This document shows positions 12,122-23,797 of a stretch of 64,000 nucleotides of DNA, piece by piece. How positions within the stretch are numbered: position 1 is the first letter of the stretch; each line of letters starts with the position of its first letter. The notes below the pieces were generated by a model. That model was not told the DNA's origin. It saw nothing but the letters and a program-made list of their open reading frames with translations, and made no database searches. The DNA is from Chrysemys picta bellii (lineage: Eukaryota), in assembly GCF_011386835.1 (NCBI RefSeq), contig NC_088800.1, forward strand, positions 29,078,001 to 29,142,000, in the 5' to 3' direction. The position numbers and the translations under genes were made by a program.

Positions 12122-12339
12122 AAAAAGAAGAACAGGAGTACTTGTGGCACCTTAGAGACTAACAAATTTATTAGAGCATAAGCTTTCGTGGACTACAGCC
12201 CACTTCTTCGGATGCATATAGAAGAAGTGGGCTGTAGTCCACGAAAGCTTATGCTCTAATAAATTTGTTAGTCTCTAAGGTGCCACAAGTACTCCTGTTC
12301 TTCTTTTTGCGGATACAGACTAACACGGCTGCTACTCTG
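12122..12339. mobile_element. Penelope-like inverted pseudo-LTR module (88-bp perfect arms plus tail)
   Basis: 12122-12209 is the exact reverse complement of 12221-12308, with an 11-nt spacer. It is flanked by a 12-bp duplication AAAGCTTATACA (12111-12122 and 12340-12351). Confidence 0.9.
12176..12215 (-). ncRNA. Minimal hammerhead ribozyme motif (Penelope-type, palindromic stem III)
   Basis: The minus strand reads GCAU-CCGAAGA-A-GUGGGC-UGUA-GUCCAC-GAAAGCUU-AUGC. This gives a core with U4C, stem II, GAAA, an AGCU palindrome and a GCAU/AUGC stem I. Activity has not been shown. Confidence 0.7.
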
Positions 12340-13071
12340 AAAGCTTATACAGGGTAAACTTAAATTGTTCGCCCTTTATAACACTGATAGAGAGAGATGC
12401 ACAGCTGTTTGCTTCCCCAGGTATTAATACATACTCTGAGTTAATTAATAAGTAAAAAGTGATTTTATTAAATACAGAAAGTAGGATTTAAGTGGTTCCA
12501 AGTAGTAACAGACAGAACAAAGTAAGTCACCAAGCCAAATAAAATAAAATGCGCAAATCTATGTCTAATCAAACTGAATACAGAGAAGATCCTCACCAGT
12601 TCCAGAATGCTCCCTTTTATAGACTAATCTCCTTTTAGCCTGGGTCCAGCAATCACTCACACCCTTTGCACACTGTCCTTTGTTACAGTTTCTTTCAAGA
12701 ATCCTGGAGGGTGGGAGGCTCTCTCTTTAGCCAGCTGAAGCCACCATGGAGGACTCTCCCAGGGGTTTAAATAGACCTTTTTCTTGTGGGTGGAGACCCC
12801 CTCCTTACTCCTATGCACAGTCCAGCTCCAAGATGGAGTTTAGGAGTTACCTGGGCATGCATGCAAATAGATTCAGTAGATCATAACTTTATATAGATAT
12901 GTTACATAGCATATGTAGCAGATAGATTCAGTAGATCATATTCCAGTTGTGTCATATTCCCATAAAGCATTATGGGGTACAGTGTCACACTACCTAACAA
13001 AATGAAAGATACCAAGGGAATTCATTTGTTTGCAGGTATCATCACAGTCAACGATCGTAGGGGTTGGAAAA

Positions 13072-15677
13072 ATGAAACGTACAAATCTCTTCAGGATTTG
13101 AGAAGAGAAAGTAGAAGAAAGCCAGACAGACGCAAGAAGAAAAGGGAAAAATAACTTCACAAATGTCTTCAGGCACAAGCCACGTCAAGTCAGTTGACTG
13201 AGTTGATCGATGCTGACATTCAAGGCTCTTCAGAGGTGGGAAGTGAAAGTGGTGTTGGTAAGAGAAAAAGAAAAGGCGGTGTGTGAGGAATCCAAAATAT
13301 TACCACATTCAGAAAACAATGTTATGGTTGTTGTGGAGGAAGAGAAGGAAATCCAGCCTTTTTGGATAGACAATGAAGAACACAGCGGTAATACTGCTAT
13401 AACTGAGAAACTGGTACAGTCGACTAGTCCTGCTGCTGTAGATGGGAATGATGAAGAAGAGTTGTGCAGTAATGACCCAGCCTCTTGGAAGTACCTAGAT
13501 ATAAAGAAAAGAGAACTTATTGTATTGAAGGGTCCACCACATAAGCCCAAAAACTTTCCTCATGATTCTTTTGGCAGGAAATTGCCGATAACAGTTTTTT
13601 CTAAACAGCTGAGTAATGGCGAATGTATTGAAAGAGACTGGATGGTGTGGAGTAAAGATGCTGAAGCAATATTTTGTTTCCTTTGCAGTCTCTACAGAAG
13701 TGCAACTCAAACTAACCAATTACATCATTCAAAATTTGGCGAAGGTGGAATTGCCGATAATTGGAAAAAGTTTTACGAGAAAATCAAGAGTCATGAAGAA
13801 AACGCTTTACATTTCAGCAATTACATTAAGTGGAAGGAATTATTTCAGACACTCAGTGATAAAAGAGGCAGCATTACAACATAGTATTAAACAGGGGGAG
13901 GAAAAATGGCGTAAAATATTAACTGCCATTGTTGATGTAATTATTTTCCTGGCAAAGAATAATCTGCCATTTCATGGTAGCCATTCTACTGTTGATTATG
14001 ACAACTGTGGGCTTTTCTTGTCAATACTGAAGCTTGTGGGCAGGTACAATACTGAGGTGAAACCACATCTAGACATGGTAGCTCAATGCAGAGAGCCTGG
14101 CTGAAGAATGCAGGCTCACTACCTGTCATGGCGTAGTCAGAATGAGTTCTTGAAACTGTGTGGGGAGAAAAAGTTTTAAATTCTATTCTTGAAGAGGTAA
14201 GAAAAGCCCGATATTTCAGCATTGTTGTTGATGGTACATCTGATGTTTCACACACAGAGCAGTTAGTTTTTATTCTCAGATATGTGATGCAAAAAAAACA
14301 AAATTGGGATGTGCATGAAAGATTTGTTAAACTAGTAGATTTTGAAAAGAAGACTGGTGCAGATATAGCAGAACAGATAAAGAGATTTTTTAAAGAATGT
14401 GATTTAGAACTATCTTGGTGCAGAGGGCAGGGATATGACAATGCCTCTAACATGTCAGGAAAATTTTAGGGAGTAAAGACAAGAATTTTGGAAGAAAATG
14501 CCCAAGTCTATTTTTCTCCATGCATTGCTCACACGCTGAACCTCTGTGGCACCCACGCTATGGAAACCAGTGTGGAGGTAAAAACATATTTTGGAAATGT
14601 TCAGAAACTCTATAAAGTATTTGCTCTTAGCCCTGCAAGATGGAAAATTTTGCAGACCACTGCAAATATATCTCTTCACTCTGTATCTAAAACTAGGTGG
14701 AGCGCAAGAGTTGATGCTGTTCGCCCCCTAATCAAAAAAAATCATCACACAGGCGTTTCATTTATCTTCCGAAATCCAGGCAGATGTTGACTGTTTGATT
14801 AAGTGGCTTAAGTCATTTGAATTTGTACTTCTTACTACAATATGGTTCAACGTGCTTCAGTGTATTGATGATAAGAACAAGGTCCTACAAAGCGCCAAAT
14901 CAACAATGGAAGAGGGAACTAAACACATGAGCAAATTAGTCAAGGTAATTCAAACATTGAAAGATTGTTGGCCAATTTTTTTTGAAGAAGCCAAACAAGT
15001 CGCTTCAAGCCTCGGCATTGACCCAAAAATGAAAAGTGGCTCAAGGATCCGGAAGTACAAGCGATTCTTTGACAACACAGGGGATGCAGACTATACGTTT
15101 GACTCTCCCAATATTCAGTTCAAAGTACAGGTGTTCTTCCTGACAATGGATTTGCTTCTATCAGAGCTAGGAAGTCTTGGTGAAAGAATGGCTGAAGTCT
15201 CAAATTTATTTTCACCCATTTTGTGTCCGCCAGATAAAGTGGATGAATCTTCTATAGAAAATTTTGTTGACATTTTGGCCACAGCATATCCAAAAGACCT
15301 CCAGAGAGAAAATCTTAAAAGAGGAACTTAGAATCTTTTACAAAATAAAAGAAGATTCCAACTTAAGAGTTGATGGACATATAACCTCTGCACTTGCACT
15401 TCTTAATGCTCTCTTCAAAAAAGGGTTGGAAAATGTGTTTCCACAGATTTGTTTATGCCTACTAACAGTGTTGCCAGTGTCAGTAGCATCGGGAGAGCGT
15501 GCATTTAGTAAGCTAACATTGATTAAAAATAGTTTGCGTTCAGCCACCGGGGAAGAAAGGCTGAACCATTTACTCACTTTGAGCATAGAATATGAAATGG
15601 CCAAAGACATACGTTTTGATGACATTATTAATGAGTTCACCAAAATGAAAGCGAGGAAAAAAATTCCAGCTGTATAA
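13072..15677 (+). pseudogene. hAT transposase pseudogene
   Basis: Ordered fragments: TTF-type zinc finger (RDWMVWSKDAEAIFCFLC), FLAKNNLPFHG, FSIVVDGTSDVSHTEQLVFILRYV, CRGQGYDNASNMSG, CIAHTLNL, TRWSAR and the dimerisation domain LPVSVASGERAFSKLTLIKNSLRS. There are several frameshifts and stops. The start ATG at 13072 is inferred. Confidence 0.93.
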
Positions 15678-18600
15678 TTAATGTTCAGAACAATTGGTAA
15701 CAAAAATAATTTCATAAGAAGCATTATGTAATTGCAAATGTATACATACCATTAAAGCATTTAATGTTTTCAAATAATGTATTTTGTGTATTTTCAAATT
15801 ATTAAAATTAATTTTAAATGTATTTCACTGGTTATTTTTTACATTTCCAAATACATGTTACTATAGTTTTGCAACGTTTTTTATGGAAGGGGCCCCTGAA
15901 ATTGCTTTGCCCCAGGCCCCCTGAATCCTCTGGACGGCCCTGGTCCTGATACTTGAAGCTTTGTCTTATATAGGCACTTATTTCGCCCACTCCACCCCCG
16001 TCCCAAAACACTTGCTATCTAGTAAGTGTCATTTTCTAGCATCATGTGCTAGCTCAAATGCCAGAGAAACAGTCCAGGGAAGTCATTCAGATGAGAAGTA
16101 CACAATAAACCACTGGTACACAACATCCAACAGGCTAACTATATAGCCTAAAGTAATCAGCTGGCATATATAGGTCGCTAAATTCACAGCCAAATTAACT
16201 TCATAGTTAAGTGACTCATCCCCTCACTTGTACTTATGGCAGGCTGTGCTGCCGTTTGAAAAGAAAATTGTTCAGACACATATGAAAAGCCTTGCGCTCT
16301 CACAGGTAAGTTTTCAAGCCTATTGTAATGGAACATTACAAGGATGACAGGAGTGAAGTATAAAAGAATGGAAAGTTACAAAGTGTTACATATGCATCTA
16401 GGGCGACAGAAAAGATACTGTCAGAGACAGGATACTGATTAGATGGAACATTGGTCTCAGCCAACATGGCAATTATCTTCCTGGGAGAACAGCATTTTCT
16501 CTATTTGCCAAAATTGATGGCCTTACATAATTAAAGCCTATGATGATAGTGCAGAGGCCATTGTTAAAGATGCACAGACACACTTGATTTTAAGCACTTA
16601 CCTACCCAAACTTAATGTTCTCTTAGGGCCTGATCCAAAACCCTGGGTAGTCTTGAGTTCAGTGGACTTTGCATGAGGCCCTTAATGCAGGGGACTTTGG
16701 GCGGAATTTTTGTTTAAATGCAGAGCCTAAACCTACACTCCATTGCCACAGTTTTACACTAACACAGCTTCACTGGGATCAAAGGGTCTACACCACCACA
16801 AAACCAGTGTAACGGTGTGGAGGATTGGGCCCAAAATGATGACAGCAAATAATCTCCAGAGTTACTCTCTTGGGCCGCTTCCAAGTCTTTTTTTTAATTG
16901 TAGCTTTTGGTTTTTATTGACAGCAGGTTTAAAAAAGACAGTTAGCCATGTTCTCTAAAGCAAATGTTTTATACTCCCATCATAAAACTCAACACTGCAC
17001 ACCAGTAACCCTAATTCATTTTCTGCAACTAAATCAACTGTTGTGAGCAAACCTGTTGTATGAAGCAGGAAAAGAAAAAAGAAAAAAAAAAGAAGTACAA
17101 TACATAGCTAGTGCAAACACTATTCAATGGAACTACTCCAGATTTAAGTCAGTGTAAATAAGAGCACATTTTGATCTATTCCTAAAACCTAACTAGCAAG
17201 AATCAGGTGCCAGATTAAGGAATTAGGTTCTCAGGTAAGTGTGCTGGGTATTCCAACCATACTTATGTTTAAGGCACCTATAAGATAGCTCAAGTCAGAG
17301 CAGCTTGTCTGGTCTTTCTAGCCCCTGACACTTGTTATTTTATGGCATTTTTTCCTTGAAGGATATCTGTTTTTTCACTGAAGTCACTCACTCTCAGAGC
17401 ATAGTTTAGAGAATCAGGATTTCAACTCTATTGTTACAACAGAATATTTGAAATTTTCACAAGGCCCAAAAAGAAGAGTTGAGCATTACAAAAGTCTGGA
17501 TAATGTCACCATTTTTAGCTTTCATTTTGAATCCTTGATGATATCTAAATGACTTGGAATCATATCCATCACCAGACCTTGTGCCAGGGAGAAGCCCAGG
17601 TTGGCAGAAACATGTACCATAGGACTGATGGACCAGTTAGGTGAGTCAGAATGCACTGATGGTACCATGGTCAGCAATAAACTCAGCAAAGGACTGGTCT
17701 CTTCCAATGCATTCCCTGGTCACAGACACAAGACAGGGACAAGAGCACTGTGCATACAAGACTGGTGGGATGTCGGAAGATAAGAAGCACAGGCTTCTCT
17801 CATCCACAGAATTGTGTAATTGTGCTATGCTTGAGACACTAGCAAAATTAAGTGATACTATTCTTCAATCCAAAGAACAAAGTCTTATCAGTAGAGGGAT
17901 GCATAGAAAACAATGATGATTTCTACTATTTCTGTTGAGAGTTCATATCACCACCGTGACTATTTAATTCTGCCATGTCAGACCTGAAACTTCTTTAGAC
18001 TAAAGGAAAAACTTACATTTTTAGGAAAGGACATATTCATTCTAGGGCTTTTTATTAAAAAAGTGGCCTGGAGAAAAGGACTATGGCAATGCTCAATGGT
18101 AACAGTGAGCCAGATTCTACAGTTCAGTTTAGCCAGTTTGCTCCATGCTCCTGGCATAATCTGGCTCTAAGGGGAGTTTACCAGCCCAGGGGAGATCACC
18201 CAGGGAGTGTAAAGAGGTTCCTCTGGTGATATAGAGCTGGAGTAGTGACTCTTACACCACTCTTCCTTGCTGCTAAATACTTGTCTCCCAGCAGTATATT
18301 ATTTAAGTTTATAAGTTTCAGTTATAGTGTGGCCAGAGGAAAAGTGGCATTTTGAGATGTTTCTATACTGCCCCAATCCTGCACTGAATTTTCAGCCCCC
18401 TGGAGCCACTACAGCTCCATGTAAATTGGAGCAACTCATAGGCTGTTCTAGCACAGTTTCGAGAGTCCAGCCTGGCACAGCGCAGCATCAAGGGAGTGCC
18501 ATAGGGAGCTGCAAGACACCCATTCACCCTTCCCAATTTGCACAATGCATCAAGCTGGACCCCTGGATATGGCCCAACATGTCTCTTACCAAATTAAAGA

Positions 18601-19199
18601 GATTAGGGTCACTGGCTCTTCATCCTCCATAAAAATAACTAACTAACTTTTTTCCCTTAACCTCTTGTACAAAACGCTCTGGAATGAGCTCTTGGGTTAT
18701 CTGGATGGGACAAATTCCAAAACAAGAAGAGGCTCCCCCTTCCTTACATACATTATGATTACAACCACCCGGGGGTTAGTCAGTGCGAAGGGGAAAGCAG
18801 CTCTGAAATGGTTCCTTATGGGAAAAGAATCAAGTAACAATAAAAGAAGGGCCAGGAATCCCCTAGATGAGATCAGAAATGTGTAGGAGAGAACGCCTTC
18901 AAAGCTACAAGCCACATGATCTGAGATCACATTAGCCTGCTAGCAGACCAGGACTCTGTGCCATCCATTTGGGGGACATCAAGGGGGCCTGAAGAGCAGA
19001 TGCAGATTGGGAGACAGGAGTGCTGAATAGTCACTTACTTCCTGTGGGGCCCAACAACTGGCCAATTCCCCCTCGGAACTGTGAATATTCAACGTGTCCC
19101 ACAGAGGCAAACTCCAGCCTCAGCACGTGGGGCTCTCAGCAGCCCTTCAAACCACCACCAGAGAGACACGTTCAGCATGTTACCAAGAGGGAAATGACA

Positions 19200-19790
19200 C
19201 CCCGTACGCGCCGGCTAAAGCCTCTCAGATCAAAAGCACCAGGTCACTCTCCGATCCAAGTGACCTGCCTCTCTCCTTTCCGATTCCCGCAGCTGGCATG
19301 GGGGGATCCCTGCAGGCCGGCTGCTCCAGCGGCGGCTGGGGAGCGGGACAGGGCTGGAGCAAGCAGAGCGTTTACCTTGTCAGTGTCACCGGGAGCTCAC
19401 GTCCAGTCCCCCCACCGCGAGGATCCCTCTGTGCTGCTGATGCAAAGCCTGATACCCGAGCAGCCTCAGTCCATGGAGAGCAGCGGGGAGCCCCTAAGGA
19501 ATGGCCAGTGCCCAGCCAGGCAGCGCCTGCTGGAAACCCTGCGGGATCCGAGGCGGGTTCCCAGGCTGCGGGGAAAGCGCCTCTCTCGCGGGCGCCCTTC
19601 CTCGCTCCCCTTTCCCTCCTGCCTGAATGGGCAGAGAAACACACAGTCAACAGGCAGCGGCGGACGAGCTGCTGCCCCTGCCGCCACCCGGCGGCTCTTC
19701 TGGAGAACAGCATCTCCCGCTCGGCTCACAGCGCTTCCCTCCGCACCTCGGCACAGGCTGAAACCACTTAGCTACCACTAACAACTGTTG
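19200..19790. promoter_or_regulatory. CpG-island-like, non-repeat GC-rich region; possible promoter or 5' exon of a minus-strand transcript
   Basis: Dense CpGs in an otherwise CpG-poor background, with no TIR, TSD or LTR ends nearby. Minus-strand donors AAG|GTAAAC (19376/19375) and GAA|GTAAGT (19039/19038); acceptor CTGCCCATTCAG at 19623. Confidence 0.6.
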
Positions 19791-20099
19791 GACATTTAAC
19801 AAACTGCAAGTCAGGGCCAGGCAGCGCCTCGTTCTCTCTCCCCCCTCGTTCATCCAGTGGACTTGACCCTCACCTAGCACGGCTAGTGCTGTCCTCCTGG
19901 GCCGGGGTGATTTTAAAAACACTGCTAGATTTCTAGCTCTGCTAGCCAGGTGCCTGGAAGGGTGAATCCCAGGCTCCTAGTAGCTTTGCTATGTGCAGAA
20001 GTGGGAGCAAAGAGGGAAAACGACAATAATCCGAGTAGTAAGGGACTTGCTGAGAATCCTGAGAACCGCATGCTTGGGCCAGCCCCCCACAGGGGAAAT

Positions 20100-20153
20100 A
20101 CTGGGCTAGATGGACCAGAGGTCTGACCCTGTATGGCAATTCCTCTGTTCCCT
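20100..20153 (+). mobile_element. CR1 LINE 3'-terminal fragment
   Basis: CTGGGCTAGATGGACCAGAGGTCTGACCCTGTATGGCAATTCCTCTGTTC resembles a CR1 3' tail. Confidence 0.6.
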
Positions 20154-22912
20154 CCTGGCTTAGCCTCTGCTTCAAGGGGAATGCTCAGCCAGAATTACAA
20201 TAAAAGATTCCATTCACACACACAGGCCTACTTAGAAATTCTTTACTTCACCCCCCTGAGCGAGCACTGTAAAGTGGCAGTGTAGACAGTGCTATGGCAC
20301 TGGTAGCTAGGCTCCCAGTGCTTTAATGTCAGCTGTGTAGACATACCCTTGGTAACTAGCACTAACTCTACTTTAAAGTGAAAAGGATTGGTAACACCAC
20401 ACCCAACACCTGCCAACCAACCTGGAGAGATTACAGAAAAGAGTAATCAGGCCAGAGTCCTCTGGCACTTCAAAAGGCGAGAGTAGGCAGAGTAACTCAC
20501 ACGTATGCTCTTACACAATTAATTTATTACAAGGAGAATATTTGCTGTGTGCCAAGACAGTAATGCCCTCAGCAGCTCTCTTTCATGGGAGGGAGGGCTG
20601 GAATACTTGTCTCCCAGCAATATAGTCATCATTTAAGTGTATACATGGCAATTATGTTAGCTGCTACAGTCTTACAAGGTGCCAAAGTGTTTTGTGTGTG
20701 TGGCTGTGATCTCATTTCAAGATCATTCTCTTCGTGGGAGACTTTGGGGAAAAAAGTCCCTATTAGAATTGAGTGAATGATTTCCAACAAATAATGTATT
20801 CAACTATTTTAGCTCCTTTTTCTGATCATGGAATAGCCATAGATTTCTTTGATTTATTCATTATTAGAACCTTTTAAGTTTTTCTTATTTATAGATTGGT
20901 CATTAAAGGTCACTGCAAGTTTGCACTAATGAATATTTGTAATAAGAGTTGTGTTACCTGGTTTTAGAATTGACCTGGTAAACCACAGCCTATGGTTTGT
21001 TTCCTGGATGGATGAGTGGGGAAGTACTTCTAACATGAATACTCACTAAAGAAAGGTTAACTTTTTATTTCTACACAGAGGACTCTGAAATTTGATGCTG
21101 TCAACATTCTGCTAGTAAAGTGTGATGCTCTGACGTCTGTGGAAAGTGGAACACAAAATGAGTACAAACACAGGGAGTTCTGTTTGAACTTCAAGTCCAT
21201 GTACAATAGATTTTAAGTATTTGCCTGCCTCTCCACACCATATTAAATATACTGGAACCTAAATTATAACCTAGCTACAGTCCTGTACTACTACTAACAA
21301 TCTTTCCTTATGATGAAGTGTTCCATAATGAGATCTCAGTGTCATAACAAGATATCCACAGGGAAAGACTCGTTAGGAAGTTAATCACTATTATTCTGGT
21401 GCTGGGTGGAGCCATTTTGTTACTTGCACTTAGACCAAAGTAAAACAGATTACTTTTCTTTACAAAAATGTTGGGGTGAGGGATGTAGCATTTGTATTAT
21501 AGTAGCACTGTCCCAGCAGGGCCGATAAGTTGCCCACTGTGCTGTGTATACACACCACACCAAGAAAGGACTGTCCCAGCCCCCAAAGCAGTGCAAAAAT
21601 GACATAAGCAGATACAAACAGAAAAGGAGCACAAAGTAACAAGAGAGATTTATGATAGGGATAATAAGCAGCTATCACAGCACAGTCCAGGCTACCTAAG
21701 CACTCTTGAGTGTTTTGTGAGCACCATAGTGCAAGAGGTGAGTTTTAAGGAGAAATTTGAAGAACAATGCAGAAACCTTGAAGATTTTTTTGATTCCCTG
21801 TTGCATTGCTTCCTACTTCCCATAGGCAACTTTAGGGGGACTATGATGAATGCTTAGTGCTCAGAAGCACAGAGCTAGGCTGTACAGTCAGGGGATTCAT
21901 ACAGCTTCCTTTCCCTCCTGGAGACCTTTAAATCTTCATAGGGGACATGTAAAGCATGGTTGGTGGTATCTAGAATGGACACTTTCAGTATGCACCTTAC
22001 TAAGCCAGCCCACAGTTCAAGCTGATTAGAAGTTTGAGCTCAGGGAAAGGGCTAGGAGGGGAATAGAAAGGAAGATTGAGGCCAGCCCAATAGTACATTG
22101 GTAAAGCTGTGCCAGATAGCTAGCAGAATGCTTGCTTAGTTCTTGACCCTGCCCACAGCAGCATTCAAGTGACTAAACGCAGTATCTTGAATCAGATATA
22201 GTGTGAGCAAACATTCTAAAAGCTTCCCCACATAGACAGACCAGTGTACAGAGCCTCTTTTCTGATCTGCATTACCCCTAGTTTATCCACTCTGGCTCTG
22301 TCCTGGGTAAAGAATGCCAATTACCTCATTTTATGCCATTCAAAGGGCTTCAGTGAACCCTATTCTCTACTCAGCACCCAGGTTCTGCTCTTTGTCAAGA
22401 ACCATGCCGGTTTCCTGGGTCCTTACACACAGTCAGAATGGATTGTTAGTCTTGTCCTAAAGAGCGGAGTACTTCACTGCAGAGCATTTGCCATCCTGGC
22501 ACAGTCTGATTGCAGCGGTCTCTCACACCTGAGGTTGAGAACAAATGATTTAGTCTATAATTGAATGCTGATGTGAAGCTAGGCCACCTAATCTTGTCAG
22601 AACTCAAGCTGAAGGACAATATTGTTTGAGTTGCCCAGGACAAAGAAGTCCAACTAACAACAGTTTATGTGCTGCTGAGAGGCATGTGGGATAAACAAAA
22701 TGCCTATTGAAACAGATGTTAATAGCATTCAGAAGAAGGCTCAGTGTTTTGAAGTTCACCATTCACAATTACAGTCACAAATAACAGACTCACAATATTG
22801 GTGATCTGAATATCAGAAAAAGCAGAGGACAGAGCATATACCCAATCACTCACCCATCTCACCATTTTACTTTTCTTCTTGTCTCTTTTCCTCCCCTCCC
22901 CGATTCTACAGT

Positions 22913-23797
22913 CAGGGCCGGCTCTAGGTTTTTTGCCTCCCCAACCAAAAAAATTTTGGCTGCCCCCCACCCCAGCCCTGGGCTCTCACCCCCCCCCAGT
23001 GCCCTCCCCCACCTGGACCTCCTGCCATCCCAGGCCTGGTCTCTCTCTCCCCCCTACCCACACCCCCTGCCGCCCCAGCCCTGAGCTCTCTCCTCCCCCC
23101 CACCCACACCCCCTGCCGCCCCAGACCTGGGCTCCCCTCCACCAGTGCTGACTCCGCCTGCTCCCCCCTTGCCTCCAGCCAGTCCGGCGCTGTCAGGGTT
23201 GGGGTAAGCAGTGGGGCTCTCGGGCCGCGCCTCAGCCCAGGGTCCCTCCAGCCAGGGATCCTACCTCCAGGACTGGCCGGACCCGGGAGGGCAGAGCTGG
23301 GGGACCGCCCCGGCAGGGGGCTGAGGAGCTGGGACAGGGTAGCCCCAGAGGGAGTGGAGCCCCGGAGAGTGGGATGCGGGCCCTGCATGACAGCACCCCG
23401 CCCTCTATGGCCCCGCTGCTGCTTCTGCTTCTGGCTGCCCTGCTGCAGTCCCTGGGCAGCTCGGGCTGTTTCGCCCAGCCCCAGCTGCGGCACTGGGGGG
23501 CAGCCGCCCTGCGGTACCTGCAGGTGGCTCCCTGTGCCCCGCGGGGCGGCCCCCAGCACGAGTATCTCCTGCTCGGCCCAGCCACAAGGTACGGGCGCAG
23601 CTCCCCCACAGCGTGAACCGTAGCAGCCCCAGGGCTCCCTTCACGCACCACGCACTGCTGCTGCCAGGGCCGGCTCTAGGCTTTTGCCGCCTGAAGCAAC
23701 AAAAAACAAAAACAAAAAAAGATGGCCAGAATGCTGCCCCTGAAAATGTGCCACCCCAAGCACGTGCTTGGTTTGCTGGTGCCTAGAGCCGGCCCTG
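22913..23797. mobile_element. Composite hAT non-autonomous element (two left ends, one right end) with GC-rich cargo
   Basis: CAGGGCCGGCTCTAGG occurs at both 22913 and 23665, with a single right end CCTAGAGCCGGCCCTG finishing at 23797. The TSD TCTACAGT / TCTGCAGT (7/8) flanks the whole unit. Confidence 0.85.
23407..23588 (+). other. Signal-peptide-like candidate first coding exon inside the composite hAT element
   Basis: The ATG opens MAPLLLLLLAALLQSLGSSGCFAQPQLRHW...HEYLLLGPAT, followed by a donor-like AAG|GTACGG. The source gene is not recognised. Confidence 0.4.

Larger units (their letters stand above)
11854..12989 (-). mobile_element. Solo LTR inserted in the 5' region of the hAT element
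   Basis: TGTGATG...TGTCACA termini; internal duplication ATAGATTCAGTAGATCATA. No clear TSD was found and the orientation is inferred. Confidence 0.7.
11361..15942 (+). mobile_element. Full-length, formerly autonomous hAT DNA transposon (Tip100/ZMYM1-like transposase)
   Basis: TIRs CAGGGCTGCCC / GGACGGCCCTG; 8-bp TSD GTCCCGAT / GTCCTGAT (7/8); encloses a transposase pseudogene. Confidence 0.93.
11319..16032. mobile_element. Old TAGGGTGACC-family MITE split by the hAT insertion (halves at 11319-11360 and 15943-~16032)
   Basis: The left half CAGGATGAGCAGATGTCCTGATTTTATAGGGACAGTCCCGAT has a degenerate version of the TAGGGTGACCAGA TIR seen at 5044. The right half ends CACTTGCTATCTAGTAAG (degenerate TIR). 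Confidence 0.6.

Noticed and set aside
19020-19781. 253-aa and 225-aa overlapping plus-strand ORFs
   Set aside because: Low-complexity R/P/A/G/S-rich translations that are open in several frames on both strands, as expected for GC-rich DNA. No domain motif is present.
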